Positions 27,567 to 36,844 of a DNA stretch of 48,632 nucleotides are shown piece by piece. The DNA is from Acidobacteriota bacterium. Lineage in GTDB: Bacteria > Acidobacteriota > Vicinamibacteria > Vicinamibacterales > 2-12-FULL-66-21. Position 1 is the first letter of the stretch; each line of letters starts with the position of its first letter. Location: positions 1 to 48,632 of the forward strand of contig JBKPTT010000157.1 of assembly GCA_046735635.1 (NCBI GenBank), written 5' to 3'. The notes under the pieces are model-generated. The model was not told where the DNA came from and ran no database searches. It saw only the letters and a program-made list of their open reading frames with translations. The position numbers and the translations under genes were made by a program.

Positions 27567-28007
27567 ATGGCAATGGATGTTGGCGGCACAAAAGGCGGGC
27601 CGAAATCCGATATCAACGTGACGCCGCTCGTCGACGTCATGCTGGTCCTCCTCATCATCATGATGCTGGTGGCCCCGCTGCTCCAGAAGGGGGTCGCGGT
27701 GCAGCTGCCGGAGGCGGCGAATACGGTCGACAAGCCGGACACGCAGTCGCAGACGGTCGTCGCGGTGGATTCTGCGAACCAGTTGTGGGTCAACGGCATC
27801 CAGTATTCGAAGCAGGAGTTCCCCGATCGCGTGAAGGCGGTCCTCGAAGACAAGACCGAGAAGGTCGTCTTGATCCGCGGCGACAAGGACGCCCTGTACG
27901 GCGCGGTGATGGAAGCGATGGACGCTCTTCATAAGGTCGGGATCGAAGACATCGGCCTGATCACCGAACGGAAGAAGGAGCCCGGCGCGGCAGGAGGAGG
28001 TCACTAA
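27567..28007 (+). CDS. exbD: biopolymer transport protein ExbD/TolR (paralog 1)
   Basis: 146 aa. DINVTPLVDVMLVLLIIMML forms the TM segment, followed by the periplasmic ExbD fold. Confidence 0.85.
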   Translation: MAMDVGGTKGGPKSDINVTPLVDVMLVLLIIMMLVAPLLQKGVAVQLPEAANTVDKPDTQSQTVVAVDSANQLWVNGIQYSKQEFPDRVKAVLEDKTEKVVLIRGDKDALYGAVMEAMDALHKVGIEDIGLITERKKEPGAAGGGH

Positions 28008-28009
28008 TC

Positions 28010-28480
28010 ATGGCCCACGCACACAAGCACTTCGGCGCCGAGAAGGTCGTACGCGGGGAGACTCCGCACGCCAGCGCGGACATGAACGTCACGCCGCTCA
28101 TCGACGTGCTGCTCGTGCTCCTCATCATCTTCATGGCGGCCCTGCCGCTGACGCAGAAGGGTGTCGACATCAACCTGCCGCTCGAAACGAAGGCGCCCGC
28201 CAGCAACGAGCCGAACACGCAGATCATGCTCGAGTACACCAACGACCGGCACATCACGATCAACCACCAGCCGGTCGGCATCAACGAGCTCGAGTCGCGG
28301 CTGCGCGACATCTTCGAAACCCGCAAGGAAAAGACGATGTTCATCGCGGCCGACGGCGGGTTGCGCTACGGCGAGATCATCCAGGTCATCGACGCGGCGC
28401 GCGGTGCGGGCGTCGAAAAGGTGGGCATCGTCACCGAGGAGATGCGCCGCGGCGGCTCCGCCTCCAAGGGCGCTCAGTAA
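28010..28480 (+). CDS. exbD: biopolymer transport protein ExbD/TolR (paralog 2)
   Basis: 156 aa. Contains DMNVTPLIDVLLVLLIIFMA. SD GGAGGAGG lies upstream. Confidence 0.85.
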   Translation: MAHAHKHFGAEKVVRGETPHASADMNVTPLIDVLLVLLIIFMAALPLTQKGVDINLPLETKAPASNEPNTQIMLEYTNDRHITINHQPVGINELESRLRDIFETRKEKTMFIAADGGLRYGEIIQVIDAARGAGVEKVGIVTEEMRRGGSASKGAQ

Positions 28481-28483
28481 GGA

Positions 28484-28532
28484 AAAAGGTAAAAGGTAAA
28501 AGGTAAAAGGTAAAAGGTAGAAGGTAGAAGAT
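28484..28532 (+). repeat. heptamer tandem repeat (AAAAGGT)x5 plus two degenerate units
   Basis: AAAAGGT occurs at 28484, 28491, 28498, 28505 and 28512, followed by AGAAGGT and AGAAGAT. The array begins 4 nt after the exbD2 stop. Each unit junction creates a TAA or TAG, so stops fall in all three plus-strand frames. Confidence 0.9.
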
Positions 28533-28574
28533 AAAAAGGCCGTCCGCACCAGGTGCGGGCGGCCTTTTCTTTTT
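28533..28574. terminator. bidirectional intrinsic terminator (exbD operon / TPR lipoprotein gene)
   Basis: AAAAA GGCCGTCCGCAC...GTGCGGGCGGCC TTTTCTTTTT. The stem is ~11 bp (28538-28548 paired with 28554-28564, including one G-U pair), with T-runs on both strands. Confidence 0.8.
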
Positions 28575-28596
28575 CCCAAAATCGCGAATCGCTTGC

Positions 28597-29556
28597 CTAT
28601 TTCCCCCCGGCCGCCGTGCGCTTCTTGTTCAACTCGATCGCGCGGTTGCGCAAATCGTCGGCCTGCTTGTAGAGCGCTGCGCGCTTGGCCATGTCGGTCT
28701 CTTCATTGCCCTGCATGCGGAGCAGCAGGTTCTTGTAGGTGAGGGCCTCGGAGTAATCCGGATTCAGGGCGAGGGCTTTATCGGTGGCCTCGATGCCCTT
28801 GGCGATGTAGTCCTTTCGCTCCGGCGCGGAGAGGCGATGGTCCTTGTACGCCTTTTCCCAGTAGTAGGTCGCGACGAGCTGCCAGCCGGTGGGGTTCTTC
28901 GGTTCGAGCTGCGCGGCCTTCTGCAGCGCCTCGATCGTCTTCGGGAAATCGCCCTGGCGGTTGTAGAACCCTGAAATGGTCGTGTAGACGAGCGGATCGT
29001 TCGGCTTCACTTCCTGCGCCTTGAGCAGCGCCTTCTCCGCGTCCTCGTACCGGCCGCCGTCCTCGTAGATTTTCGCGAGCGCGAAATAGTTGGTCGGCTC
29101 ATTCGGCTCGATCGAGATCATCTTCTGCACGATCGGCTCGGCCTTCTCGGGAGCGTTCAGCTTGTCCGGACCGTACGCGGCGACCAGATACTGCAGCGCC
29201 AGCTTCCGCATCTCGGGCTTCGGATCGCGCTCCGCCGACTTTTCGTAATTCGCGATTGCCTTCTGGATGTAGGCATCGTTCTCGGCCTCGCCTTGCCGGC
29301 TCGGCTTGTACATGTTGTCGTAGCAGTTGCCGAGATAGAAGAAGATTTCGGCCTTGTTCGGGTCGCTCGCGACGGCGGTCTCGTATTTCGCCGCCGCGTC
29401 CTTCCACTGCGATGCCTGATACAGCTGGTTGGCCTCTTTGTACGCTTTCTGGGCCTTGAGGGCGCCCCAGGAGTACTTCCCGCATCCGGCGGCCGCGACG
29501 CTCAGCCCGAGCGTCAGTGCCACCGCGGCAGCCGACGTCCTTCGCATTCTGGTCAT
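28597..29556 (-). CDS. TPR-repeat lipoprotein
   Basis: Starts MTRMRRTSAAAVALTLGLSVAAAGC (lipobox), then canonical TPR units (AEIFFYLGNCYDNMYK, YFALAKIYEDGGRYEDAEKALLKAQEVKPND, ALTYKNLLL). SD AGGAG lies upstream. Confidence 0.8.
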   Translation of the reverse strand: MTRMRRTSAAAVALTLGLSVAAAGCGKYSWGALKAQKAYKEANQLYQASQWKDAAAKYETAVASDPNKAEIFFYLGNCYDNMYKPSRQGEAENDAYIQKAIANYEKSAERDPKPEMRKLALQYLVAAYGPDKLNAPEKAEPIVQKMISIEPNEPTNYFALAKIYEDGGRYEDAEKALLKAQEVKPNDPLVYTTISGFYNRQGDFPKTIEALQKAAQLEPKNPTGWQLVATYYWEKAYKDHRLSAPERKDYIAKGIEATDKALALNPDYSEALTYKNLLLRMQGNEETDMAKRAALYKQADDLRNRAIELNKKRTAAGGK

Positions 29557-29779
29557 GCTCTCCTCAATGGCGCCGCTGCCTCCGCGCGGCGACGCGTCGT
29601 AGGTAACCGGGTATTAAAATGGATCGAAGCGTTCGTGTCTTCCTTCGGATTTCGTTCAAGATGGCACGAACGGAAGGATTGCCGGCGCCCGAACCGGGCC
29701 AGTATAGTGAACGGAAAAACACGCCGTCAACCGGGACCACGGGCTGGCTCCCCTCGTCGAGTTTTAGACACCGCACCCC

Positions 29780-31933
29780 ATGATCCGGTTCGAGGACCTC
29801 GTCGAAAAAGTCCGGAACAACAACCCGGACGCCGATATCGACCTGCTGCGGCGGGCCTACGTGTTCTCGGCTTTCGAGCACAAGGGACAGGTCCGCCATT
29901 CGGGTGAGCCGTATCTGGTGCACCCGCTCGAGGTCGCGGACCAGCTCGCCGAGATGAAGCTCGACGTGGTCGCCATCGCGGCCGGGCTGCTGCACGACAT
30001 CGTCGAGGACACGCAGACGCCCATCGAGCGTATCCGGGAGCTGTTCGGCGCCGACGTTGCCCATGTGGTCGAGGGAGTGACCAAACTGGGGGCGATCTCG
30101 TTTTCGTCGAACGAGGAGCGGCAGGCCGAGAATTTCCGCAAGATGCTGCTCGCGATGGTGGATGACATCCGCGTCATCCTCGTCAAGCTCGCCGACCGGC
30201 TGCACAACATGCGGACGCTTCACCATCTGCCGGAGGAGCGGCGCGTCAAGATTGCACAGGAGACGCGCGACATCTACGCGCCGATCGCGAACAGGCTCGG
30301 GATGAGCAAGGTGAAGAACGAGCTCGAAGAGCTTGCATTCAAGTACCTCGAGCCTGCCGCGTACGAATCGCTTCGCCAGGCCGTCGAGAAACGGCGGCGG
30401 GCCACCGAAGGAATGATCGAGGAGCTGAAGAAGACCGTCGCGGCGAAGCTGGAGGAAGCGCAGGTGCCGGTCATCGAGATAGACGGCCGCATCAAGCGCT
30501 TGTTCAGCATCCATCAGAAGCTGAAGCGGCAGAAGATCGAGCTCGACCAGGTGTACGACCTCGTCGCTCTCCGGATTGTGACGCAGTCCGTGAAGGACTG
30601 CTACGGGGCGCTCGGAATCATTCATCAGACGTGGTCACCGGTCCCCGGGCGCATCAAGGACTTCATCGCCATGCCCCGGCCCAACGGCTATCAATCGCTG
30701 CATACGTCGGTGATCAGCGAGCGCGGGGTCCCGTTCGAAGTGCAGATCCGCACGGCCGATATGCACCGCACGGCGGAAGAAGGGATCGCGGCGCACTGGA
30801 AGTACAAGGAAGGGCGCGTCGGCGCGGGGCGCGACGAACAATACTTCGTCTGGCTGCGTCAGCTGCTCGAATGGCAGCAGGAAGTGCGCGATCCGCAGGA
30901 GTTCCTGCAGAACCTGAAGATCGAGCTCTACCCGGAGGAGGTCTACATCTTCACGCCCCGCGGCGAGGTCAAGGCGCTTCCGCGCGACGCGACGCCGGTG
31001 GATTTCGCATACGCGATCCACACTGATGTCGGCCACCAGTGCGTCGGCGCACGGGTCAACGGCAAGATGGTGCCGCTCCGCGCGCGGCTCCAGAACGGCG
31101 ACATCGTCGAGATCATCACGACGCCGGGCCACAAGCCAAGCCGCGACTGGCTCAACTTCGTCATCACCTCGCGCGCGCGGAACAAAATCAAGCACTTCAT
31201 CCATTCCGAGGAGAAGGAGCGCAGCGTCGAGCTCGGACGGAAATTGTTCGACAAGGAAGCAAGGCGCTACGGCCTGAACCTGAAAAACCTCACAGAGCCC
31301 GAGACGATGACTCGCGTGCTGAGCGAATACGGGATGGGGAAGGCGGAGGAGTTGTACGCGGCGCTTGGCTACGGAAAACTGTCACCGAAGAACGTGCTCG
31401 CGAAGTTCGTTCCGCAGGAACAGCTCAAGGAACCGGCGCCCGAAGGGGGCATTGCATCGGTCGTGCGCCGCGTACTCGGGACCGGCGACGACAAGATCAC
31501 CGTGCACGGCATCGACGACCTCATGGTCTTTCGCGCGAGGTGCTGCAACCCGATTCGCGGCGAGAAGATCGTCGGCTACATCACGCGCGGCAAGGGAGTC
31601 TCGGTGCATTCCGCGACGTGCTCGAACGTTCTGAACCTGCTGTACGACCCCGAGCGGCGCATTCCCGTCGAATGGGACAAAGGCGCCGACGGCACCCCGT
31701 ATACCGTCCGCCTGACGGTGCACGTCGAGGACCGCAAGGGAATCCTCGCCGATGTCAGCTCGAAGATTGCCGGCGTCAACACGAATATCCGGAACATCGA
31801 GGCGACAGTCGACGATCAGATGGGCCGAATCGACATGACGGTGGAGATCAGCGACGTGAAACACCTTCAGAAGGTGATCAAATCGTTGAAGGGGATTGCC
31901 GGCGTCGTGGACGTGGAGCGGGCGAGTCGCTAG
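29780..31933 (+). CDS. spoT: bifunctional (p)ppGpp synthetase/hydrolase, RelA/SpoT (RSH) family
   Basis: 717 aa. Has an HD hydrolase domain (HSGEPYLVHPLEVA, LLHDIVEDT), a synthetase domain (GYQSLHTSV, EVQIRT) and TGS and ACT-like C-terminal domains. Confidence 0.9.
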   Translation: MIRFEDLVEKVRNNNPDADIDLLRRAYVFSAFEHKGQVRHSGEPYLVHPLEVADQLAEMKLDVVAIAAGLLHDIVEDTQTPIERIRELFGADVAHVVEGVTKLGAISFSSNEERQAENFRKMLLAMVDDIRVILVKLADRLHNMRTLHHLPEERRVKIAQETRDIYAPIANRLGMSKVKNELEELAFKYLEPAAYESLRQAVEKRRRATEGMIEELKKTVAAKLEEAQVPVIEIDGRIKRLFSIHQKLKRQKIELDQVYDLVALRIVTQSVKDCYGALGIIHQTWSPVPGRIKDFIAMPRPNGYQSLHTSVISERGVPFEVQIRTADMHRTAEEGIAAHWKYKEGRVGAGRDEQYFVWLRQLLEWQQEVRDPQEFLQNLKIELYPEEVYIFTPRGEVKALPRDATPVDFAYAIHTDVGHQCVGARVNGKMVPLRARLQNGDIVEIITTPGHKPSRDWLNFVITSRARNKIKHFIHSEEKERSVELGRKLFDKEARRYGLNLKNLTEPETMTRVLSEYGMGKAEELYAALGYGKLSPKNVLAKFVPQEQLKEPAPEGGIASVVRRVLGTGDDKITVHGIDDLMVFRARCCNPIRGEKIVGYITRGKGVSVHSATCSNVLNLLYDPERRIPVEWDKGADGTPYTVRLTVHVEDRKGILADVSSKIAGVNTNIRNIEATVDDQMGRIDMTVEISDVKHLQKVIKSLKGIAGVVDVERASR

Positions 31934-31940
31934 GTGGAAG

Positions 31941-32318
31941 TCAGATCGCCGCGATCACGTCGATTTCGACGCGCGCATCCTTCGGAAGGCGCGACACCTG
32001 CACCGTCGCTCGGGCGGGGGCCGGGGCGCTGAAGTAAGTCGCGTAGACGGCGTTCATCGCCGCGAAGTCGTTCATGTCGGCCAGGAACACGGTCGTCCGA
32101 ACCACGTTGTCGAACGACGCGCCGCCCGCCCTCAGGATTTCCCCGATGTTCTGCAGCACTCGGTGTGTCTGTGCGTCGACATCGCCGTCGATGATGTTGC
32201 CGGTGGAGGGGTCGATCGGCACCTGGCCCGAGACGAACAGGAGCGAGCCCGCGCGGATTCCCTGGGAATACGGACCGATCGCCTGGGGCGCCGCGGAGGT
32301 GGACACCGCCTGACGCAC
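31941..32318 (-). CDS. ridA: RidA/YjgF family reactive-intermediate deaminase
   Basis: 125 aa with a GTG start. Contains APQAIGPYSQGI..., LFVSGQVPIDP and ARATVQVSRLPKDARVEID. Confidence 0.85.
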   Translation of the reverse strand: MRQAVSTSAAPQAIGPYSQGIRAGSLLFVSGQVPIDPSTGNIIDGDVDAQTHRVLQNIGEILRAGGASFDNVVRTTVFLADMNDFAAMNAVYATYFSAPAPARATVQVSRLPKDARVEIDVIAAI

Positions 32319-32319
32319 G

Positions 32320-32511
32320 TCAGGCAGCCTTGACGACCTTGCCGGAGCGAAGGCAGCGCGTGCACACGCGCAGGCGCCGGATTCCCCCGTTGACCATCGC
32401 GCGCACCCGCTGGAGGTTCGGTTCGAACCGCCGCGGACTCACATTGTGGGCGTGGCTGACATTGCGCCCCACGACGGGGCCTTTTCCGCAGATTTCACAG
32501 CGTTTCGCCAT
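32320..32511 (-). CDS. rpmB: 50S ribosomal protein L28
   Basis: 63 aa. [37 protein letters not shown] is a classic bL28 sequence. Confidence 0.95.
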   Translation of the reverse strand: MAKRCEICGKGPVVGRNVSHAHNVSPRRFEPNLQRVRAMVNGGIRRLRVCTRCLRSGKVVKAA

Positions 32512-32822
32512 GGCTGGGCCTGTTCACGATAAATCGTTGATGTGGCAGTACATGCGTGCCGACCTGGGCACGCACAAACGCTGAATTATATCATCTTCGC
32601 CCGGCATGCCGGAAGTTTGCTTCGAGTCCTCCCAAGGAGACAAACCTCAGCCCCCCAGGTTCAAAACCGTAAGCGTCCCTCTATAATCTGCAGCATCCCG
32701 CCAGAAATGTGCGCGTTTCCCAGCGCGCGCGAACGGAATACGAGTTGCAATCCTGTCGATCCCGGTGCCCCGGCGCCGGCTGTCAAGGCGTGGTTTCGTC
32801 GCCACGTCCGAGGAGGCTCTTG

Positions 32823-33413
32823 ATGGACCGTCCGCTTCTGCGCGAGGAGGCACCAGCCGAGTACTTCAAGGAATTAATCGAATCCGCCCTGGCCAGGCAA
32901 CGCGTCCGCGCCGGCGAATTCACTTCCTACTACCTGGTGAACCTTCTGTGTGAGTTCGTACGCCCCGACACGCGTAGGTTGTTCGGGGACGACCGCGAGC
33001 CGCTGGCCATTCGGTTGACACGCGCGCTGCAGAGCGGAGGTCCGGAGCAGCGGGCGCGGCTCCGAAGTGTCGGAGACTTCTCGCTGTTCATGTCGGGCTT
33101 CTTCGCGGAGAGCCTTCGCCGGCGGACGGTCGACGTGGATTACTACGTGTCCATGGGGGAGTACGCTTACGGGTCGCTCAGCCGGCACGACGAGGACGCG
33201 TTCGCGGACGTCTTTGGCGAGCTGGCGCAGAAATTCGTGGGATTCATGGACGTGCTGGCCGACGTCAGCGAACGCACCGCCCTCGCATCCAGCAGCGATT
33301 TGCTGCGGCTTTACGAAAAGTGGCTCCGGACAGGCAGCGTGCGCGACGGGCAGAAACTCGTCGACCGGGGCATCGTTCCGAACGTCTCAATCGGCACGCG
33401 GTTCATCCAGTAG
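32823..33413 (+). CDS. hypothetical protein (196 aa, no family recognised)
   Basis: ATG at 32823 with GAGGAGG 6 nt upstream. Third codon positions are G/C-rich and the composition looks globular and alpha-helical (MDRPLLREEAPAEYFKELIESALARQRV...). The upstream 38 codons of the track ORF lack support. Confidence 0.6.
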   Translation: MDRPLLREEAPAEYFKELIESALARQRVRAGEFTSYYLVNLLCEFVRPDTRRLFGDDREPLAIRLTRALQSGGPEQRARLRSVGDFSLFMSGFFAESLRRRTVDVDYYVSMGEYAYGSLSRHDEDAFADVFGELAQKFVGFMDVLADVSERTALASSSDLLRLYEKWLRTGSVRDGQKLVDRGIVPNVSIGTRFIQ

Positions 33414-33741
33414 CCGTGACATTTTGAGGGCACCCGAACCAGCCACCGGTGATCTGGCGTCTAAATCGTCAACAGCGTCGCCACTATGAGGAATGGGAGC
33501 GATGGCGGTGTAAACGATTGTTGCTCAAGATGATGCGGCAAGGGTGCACCGGGGCCGCGAGGCGCGATTGCCACGCCTTACCGTGGCGAATGTGCCAGAT
33601 TTTCCTAGCCGGCCTGCCGCCGCTTGTTGCAGGGCTTCACAAAACGGCGGTTTTTCCGGTAAACTGTTGGGCTTTATAACTGGCAATTTCATTGCATGAC
33701 GCCCTGCAACTTGGCGGGGAGACGGAAAGGAGCGGAATCAT

Positions 33742-34197
33742 ATGGACGTTCATAAAACCCCCGGCGGTCAGATGAGCAGGGATCGCTATGCGGAGCTCAC
33801 GCGAATTCTCGAAGAGCGCCGCCGAGAGATCATGGACCAGGTGCAGGAGAAGATCCGGGACGTCCGCTCGGAGAGCCCGAACAGCCCGACTCAGGGCGTG
33901 CTCGACGCGGCGGAAAGTTCCGAGGCGGATATCCAGGACGAGATCGAGTTTGCCCTCATCCAGATGAAGGCGGAGACGCTCAACAGGATCCAGGAAGCGC
34001 TTCGGCGCCTCGAGGAAGGTACCTACGGTTACTGCTTCGAGTGCGGCGAGGAGATTTCGGAGCGCCGGCTGCGGGCGCTGCCGTTCGCCGTGCGCTGCAA
34101 GGACTGCGAAGAGGCCAGGGAAACCGCGCAGCAGCGCGAACGCCTGATGGCGCAGCGCCGGGGCGCCGCGTCGCTCTTCATCGACATGCAGGGGTAA
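33742..34197 (+). CDS. dksA: DksA/TraR-family C4 zinc-finger RNA-polymerase-binding protein
   Basis: 151 aa. Has a coiled-coil N-terminus with acidic tip residues and the zinc finger CFECGEEISERRLRALPFAVRCKDCEE. SD GGAAAGGAG lies upstream. Confidence 0.8.
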   Translation: MDVHKTPGGQMSRDRYAELTRILEERRREIMDQVQEKIRDVRSESPNSPTQGVLDAAESSEADIQDEIEFALIQMKAETLNRIQEALRRLEEGTYGYCFECGEEISERRLRALPFAVRCKDCEEARETAQQRERLMAQRRGAASLFIDMQG

Positions 34198-34208
34198 ACC
34201 TGTTCGTG

Positions 34209-34267
34209 CCCGGCGTGCCGCACCGCGCGGCATGCCGGGTTCCTTCCGAGAGCTCTCTCGTCTTTTT
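34209..34267 (+). terminator. candidate dksA terminator (13-bp GC hairpin, then small hairpin plus T-run)
   Basis: CCCGGCGTGCCGC accgc GCGGCATGCCGGG pairs 34209-34221 with 34227-34239 and includes one G-U pair. It is followed by CGAGA gctc TCTCG and TCTTTTT (34247-34267). Confidence 0.5.
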
Positions 34268-34329
34268 CCGCGTATCATCCAGCTTCGGCCTTTCGAGCCG
34301 ATACGAACAGAGTACGAGGAGGATCGCCG

Positions 34330-36792
34330 ATGAGCGATCAATCCGATCAATCCGACAAAACTGACCAGTCCGAGGACGAAGCGCTCGTCGTCACGGGTGA
34401 CCGGCCGCTCTCCATTCCCGGCGAACTGCCGGTGCTGCCGCTGCGCGACACGGTGCTGTTTCCGAACTCGTTCATGCCGCTGGCTGTCGCGCGCGAGGCC
34501 TCCGTGCGCCTCATCGACGAAGCCACGTCGACCGGCCGCATGATCGGCGTGTTCACCCAGCGCGACGCGTCGGTGGAAGAGCCCCTCCTGGAGGACCTCT
34601 ATCCGGTCGGGACCGCGACGCACATTCACAAGATGTTCAAGCTGCCCGACGGCAGCCTCCGCCTGATCGTTCAGGGTCTCGCCCGGGTCCGCCTCGAACA
34701 CATCGTCCAGACGCGGCCTTATCTCCGAGGCGCGGTGACCGCCGCCGACGAAAGCCTGCGCGACGAGGATCATCTCGAAATCGACGCGCTGCAGCGAAAC
34801 ATCAAGAGCAATTTCCAGCAGGTGGTGTCGCTGTCGCCTGTGCTCTCGGACGACCTCCAGGCGCTCGCGGCCAACATCACCGATCCCGGCAAGCTCGCCG
34901 ACTTCATCGCGTCGAGCCTCACGACGATTGGAACGCCCGTCAAGCAGGAGGTGCTCGACACGCTCGACATACGGGCTCGGATGGACTCGCTGAACCGGAT
35001 CCTGATCAAGGAGCTCGAAGTCCTCGAGCTCGGCTCCAAGATTCAGTCGCAGGTGCAGTCGGAGGTGGGAAAGAACCAGCGCGAATACTTCCTCCGCGAG
35101 CAGCTCAAGGCAATCCAGAAGGAGCTGGGCGAAGGCGACGAGCAGACGAAGGAGATCGACGAGCTGCGCGCGAAGCTCGACAGCGCCGGGATGCCCGAAA
35201 CCGTGAAGAAGGAAGCGCTGCGTGAGCTCGATCGGCTGTCCAAGATGCCGGTGGCCGCCGCCGAGTACACAGTCTCACGGACCTACATGGACTGGATTGT
35301 CGCGCTGCCGTGGTCGAAGCGAACCGAGGATTCCATCGATCTGAAACGGACGAAGGATGTCCTTGACGCGGACCATTCCGGTCTGGAGAAGGTGAAGGAT
35401 CGCGTTCTCGAGTACCTGGCGGTGCGCAAACTGAACCCAGACGTGAAGGGACCAATTCTGTGTTTCCTCGGTCCTCCCGGTGTGGGGAAGACGTCGCTCG
35501 CGAAATCCATCGCGAACTCGCTTGGCCGCAAGTTCGTGCGGGTATCGCTCGGCGGCATGCGCGACGAGGCGGAGATCCGCGGGCATCGCCGTACTTACAT
35601 CGGCGCGCTGCCCGGACAGATCATCCAGGGCCTTCGCCGCGCGGAGTCGAAGAACCCGGTATTCATCCTCGATGAGATCGACAAGCTCGGTTCGGATTTC
35701 CGCGGAGATCCGGCGTCGGCACTGCTCGAAGTGCTCGATCCGGAGCAGAACAACACCTTCCGCGATCATTATCTGGATGTCCCGTTCGACCTGTCCGAGG
35801 TGCTGTTCCTGACCACGGCGAACGTGCTCGATCCGGTCCCGCCTGCGCTGCGCGACCGGATGGAGGTGCTGGAGCTTGCGGGGTACACCGAAGAGGAGAA
35901 GGTCAAGATCGCGCTCGAGCATCTGATTGGCAAGCAGATCGTGAACCACGGGCTGACGGCCGAGCAGGTCGAGTTCACCGAGCCGGCGATCCGTGCCGTG
36001 ATTCGGGGGTATACGCGCGAGGCGGGCGTTCGCAATCTCGAACGCGAAATCGGCGCGCTGTGCCGGAAGATCGCGCGCCGGCGTGCGGAAGGCGACGAGT
36101 CACGCATGGTGATCACGCCCGAGGTCGTGGTGCAGATGCTCGGAGCGCCGACGTTCCTCGATGAAGAAATCGAGAACCGGACCAAGGACCCCGGGGTCGC
36201 CGTCGGCCTGGCGTGGACGCCGGCGGGAGGGGACGTGCTGTTCGTCGAGGCGTCGAAGATGCAGGGCGGCGGCAGCCTGACGCTGACCGGGCATCTGGGC
36301 GACGTGATGAAGGAGTCAGCCCGGACCGCGCTGTCGTGGTTCCGCGCGCACGCGACCGAGTACGGCGTGAATCCCGAGTTCTACAAGGATGCGGAGATTC
36401 ACCTGCACGTCCCGTCCGGAGCGATTCCCAAGGACGGTCCGTCGGCGGGCGTCACGATGGTGACCGCGCTCGCCTCGGAATTGAGCGGACGACCCGTGCG
36501 TGGTGACATTGCGATGACCGGCGAGATCACGCTGTCGGGCCGAGTCCTTCCCGTCGGCGGCATCAAGGAGAAGGTGCTCGCCGCCAGGCGTCACGGAATC
36601 ACCGAGGTGATTCTGCCGCGGCAGAACGAGAAGAACATCAAGGAAGATTTGACCGAAGATCTCCGACGCGAGCTGACGATTCACTACGTGCAGCACATCG
36701 AGGAAGTGACGGCGATCGCGCTGCAGCCCTCCGCCGCCCAGACGCACACGGGGCTGCCGATGGACGAGGAGATTCGTCAAACGGTGCAGTAG
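34330..36792 (+). CDS. lon: ATP-dependent Lon protease
   Basis: 820 aa. Has the LON N-domain ([13 protein letters not shown]), the AAA+ Walker A motif GPPGVGKTS, and the protease domain with [15 protein letters not shown] (catalytic Ser). Confidence 0.95.
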   Translation: MSDQSDQSDKTDQSEDEALVVTGDRPLSIPGELPVLPLRDTVLFPNSFMPLAVAREASVRLIDEATSTGRMIGVFTQRDASVEEPLLEDLYPVGTATHIHKMFKLPDGSLRLIVQGLARVRLEHIVQTRPYLRGAVTAADESLRDEDHLEIDALQRNIKSNFQQVVSLSPVLSDDLQALAANITDPGKLADFIASSLTTIGTPVKQEVLDTLDIRARMDSLNRILIKELEVLELGSKIQSQVQSEVGKNQREYFLREQLKAIQKELGEGDEQTKEIDELRAKLDSAGMPETVKKEALRELDRLSKMPVAAAEYTVSRTYMDWIVALPWSKRTEDSIDLKRTKDVLDADHSGLEKVKDRVLEYLAVRKLNPDVKGPILCFLGPPGVGKTSLAKSIANSLGRKFVRVSLGGMRDEAEIRGHRRTYIGALPGQIIQGLRRAESKNPVFILDEIDKLGSDFRGDPASALLEVLDPEQNNTFRDHYLDVPFDLSEVLFLTTANVLDPVPPALRDRMEVLELAGYTEEEKVKIALEHLIGKQIVNHGLTAEQVEFTEPAIRAVIRGYTREAGVRNLEREIGALCRKIARRRAEGDESRMVITPEVVVQMLGAPTFLDEEIENRTKDPGVAVGLAWTPAGGDVLFVEASKMQGGGSLTLTGHLGDVMKESARTALSWFRAHATEYGVNPEFYKDAEIHLHVPSGAIPKDGPSAGVTMVTALASELSGRPVRGDIAMTGEITLSGRVLPVGGIKEKVLAARRHGITEVILPRQNEKNIKEDLTEDLRRELTIHYVQHIEEVTAIALQPSAAQTHTGLPMDEEIRQTVQ

Positions 36793-36793
36793 C

Positions 36794-36809
36794 GCGGTTC
36801 GCGAACCGC
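36794..36809. terminator. perfect 16-nt palindrome between convergent lon and nudix (candidate bidirectional terminator / repeat-family member)
   Basis: GCGGTTCGCGAACCGC starts 2 nt after the lon stop and is followed by gtgcgaaccgcgaatcgcgcac words. There is no T-run, so terminator function is uncertain. Confidence 0.35.
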
Positions 36810-36844
36810 CAAGTGCGAACCGCGAATCGCGCACCGCGCCTCCG

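Noticed and set aside
26790-28004. 404-aa minus-strand ORF opposite exbB/exbD. The 353-aa ORF at 29564-30625 opposite relA and the 378-aa ORF at 33637-34773 opposite dksA/lon are similar cases.
   Set aside because: All are antisense to genes with strong motifs and SD sequences. Their products are low-complexity and Arg/Asp-rich.
29629-29685. Interleaved complementary segments (CGTTCGTG...TTCCTTC...CACGAACG GAAGGA) upstream of relA, suggesting a pseudoknot.
   Set aside because: The stems are short (6-8 bp), they fall in a divergent promoter region, and there is no second line of evidence. They could arise by chance.
29619-29783. 54-codon upstream ORF whose TGA overlaps the relA/spoT ATG (a possible regulatory uORF).
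   Set aside because: It has no Shine-Dalgarno. Its third-codon GC is only about half, far below real genes here, and I have no conservation evidence. It is recorded only as a weak possibility.
33449-33679. 76-aa GTG-initiated ORF in the gap upstream of dksA.
   Set aside because: It has no SD, Cys/Arg/Trp-rich atypical composition and weak third-position GC bias. It is treated as non-coding leader or promoter DNA.
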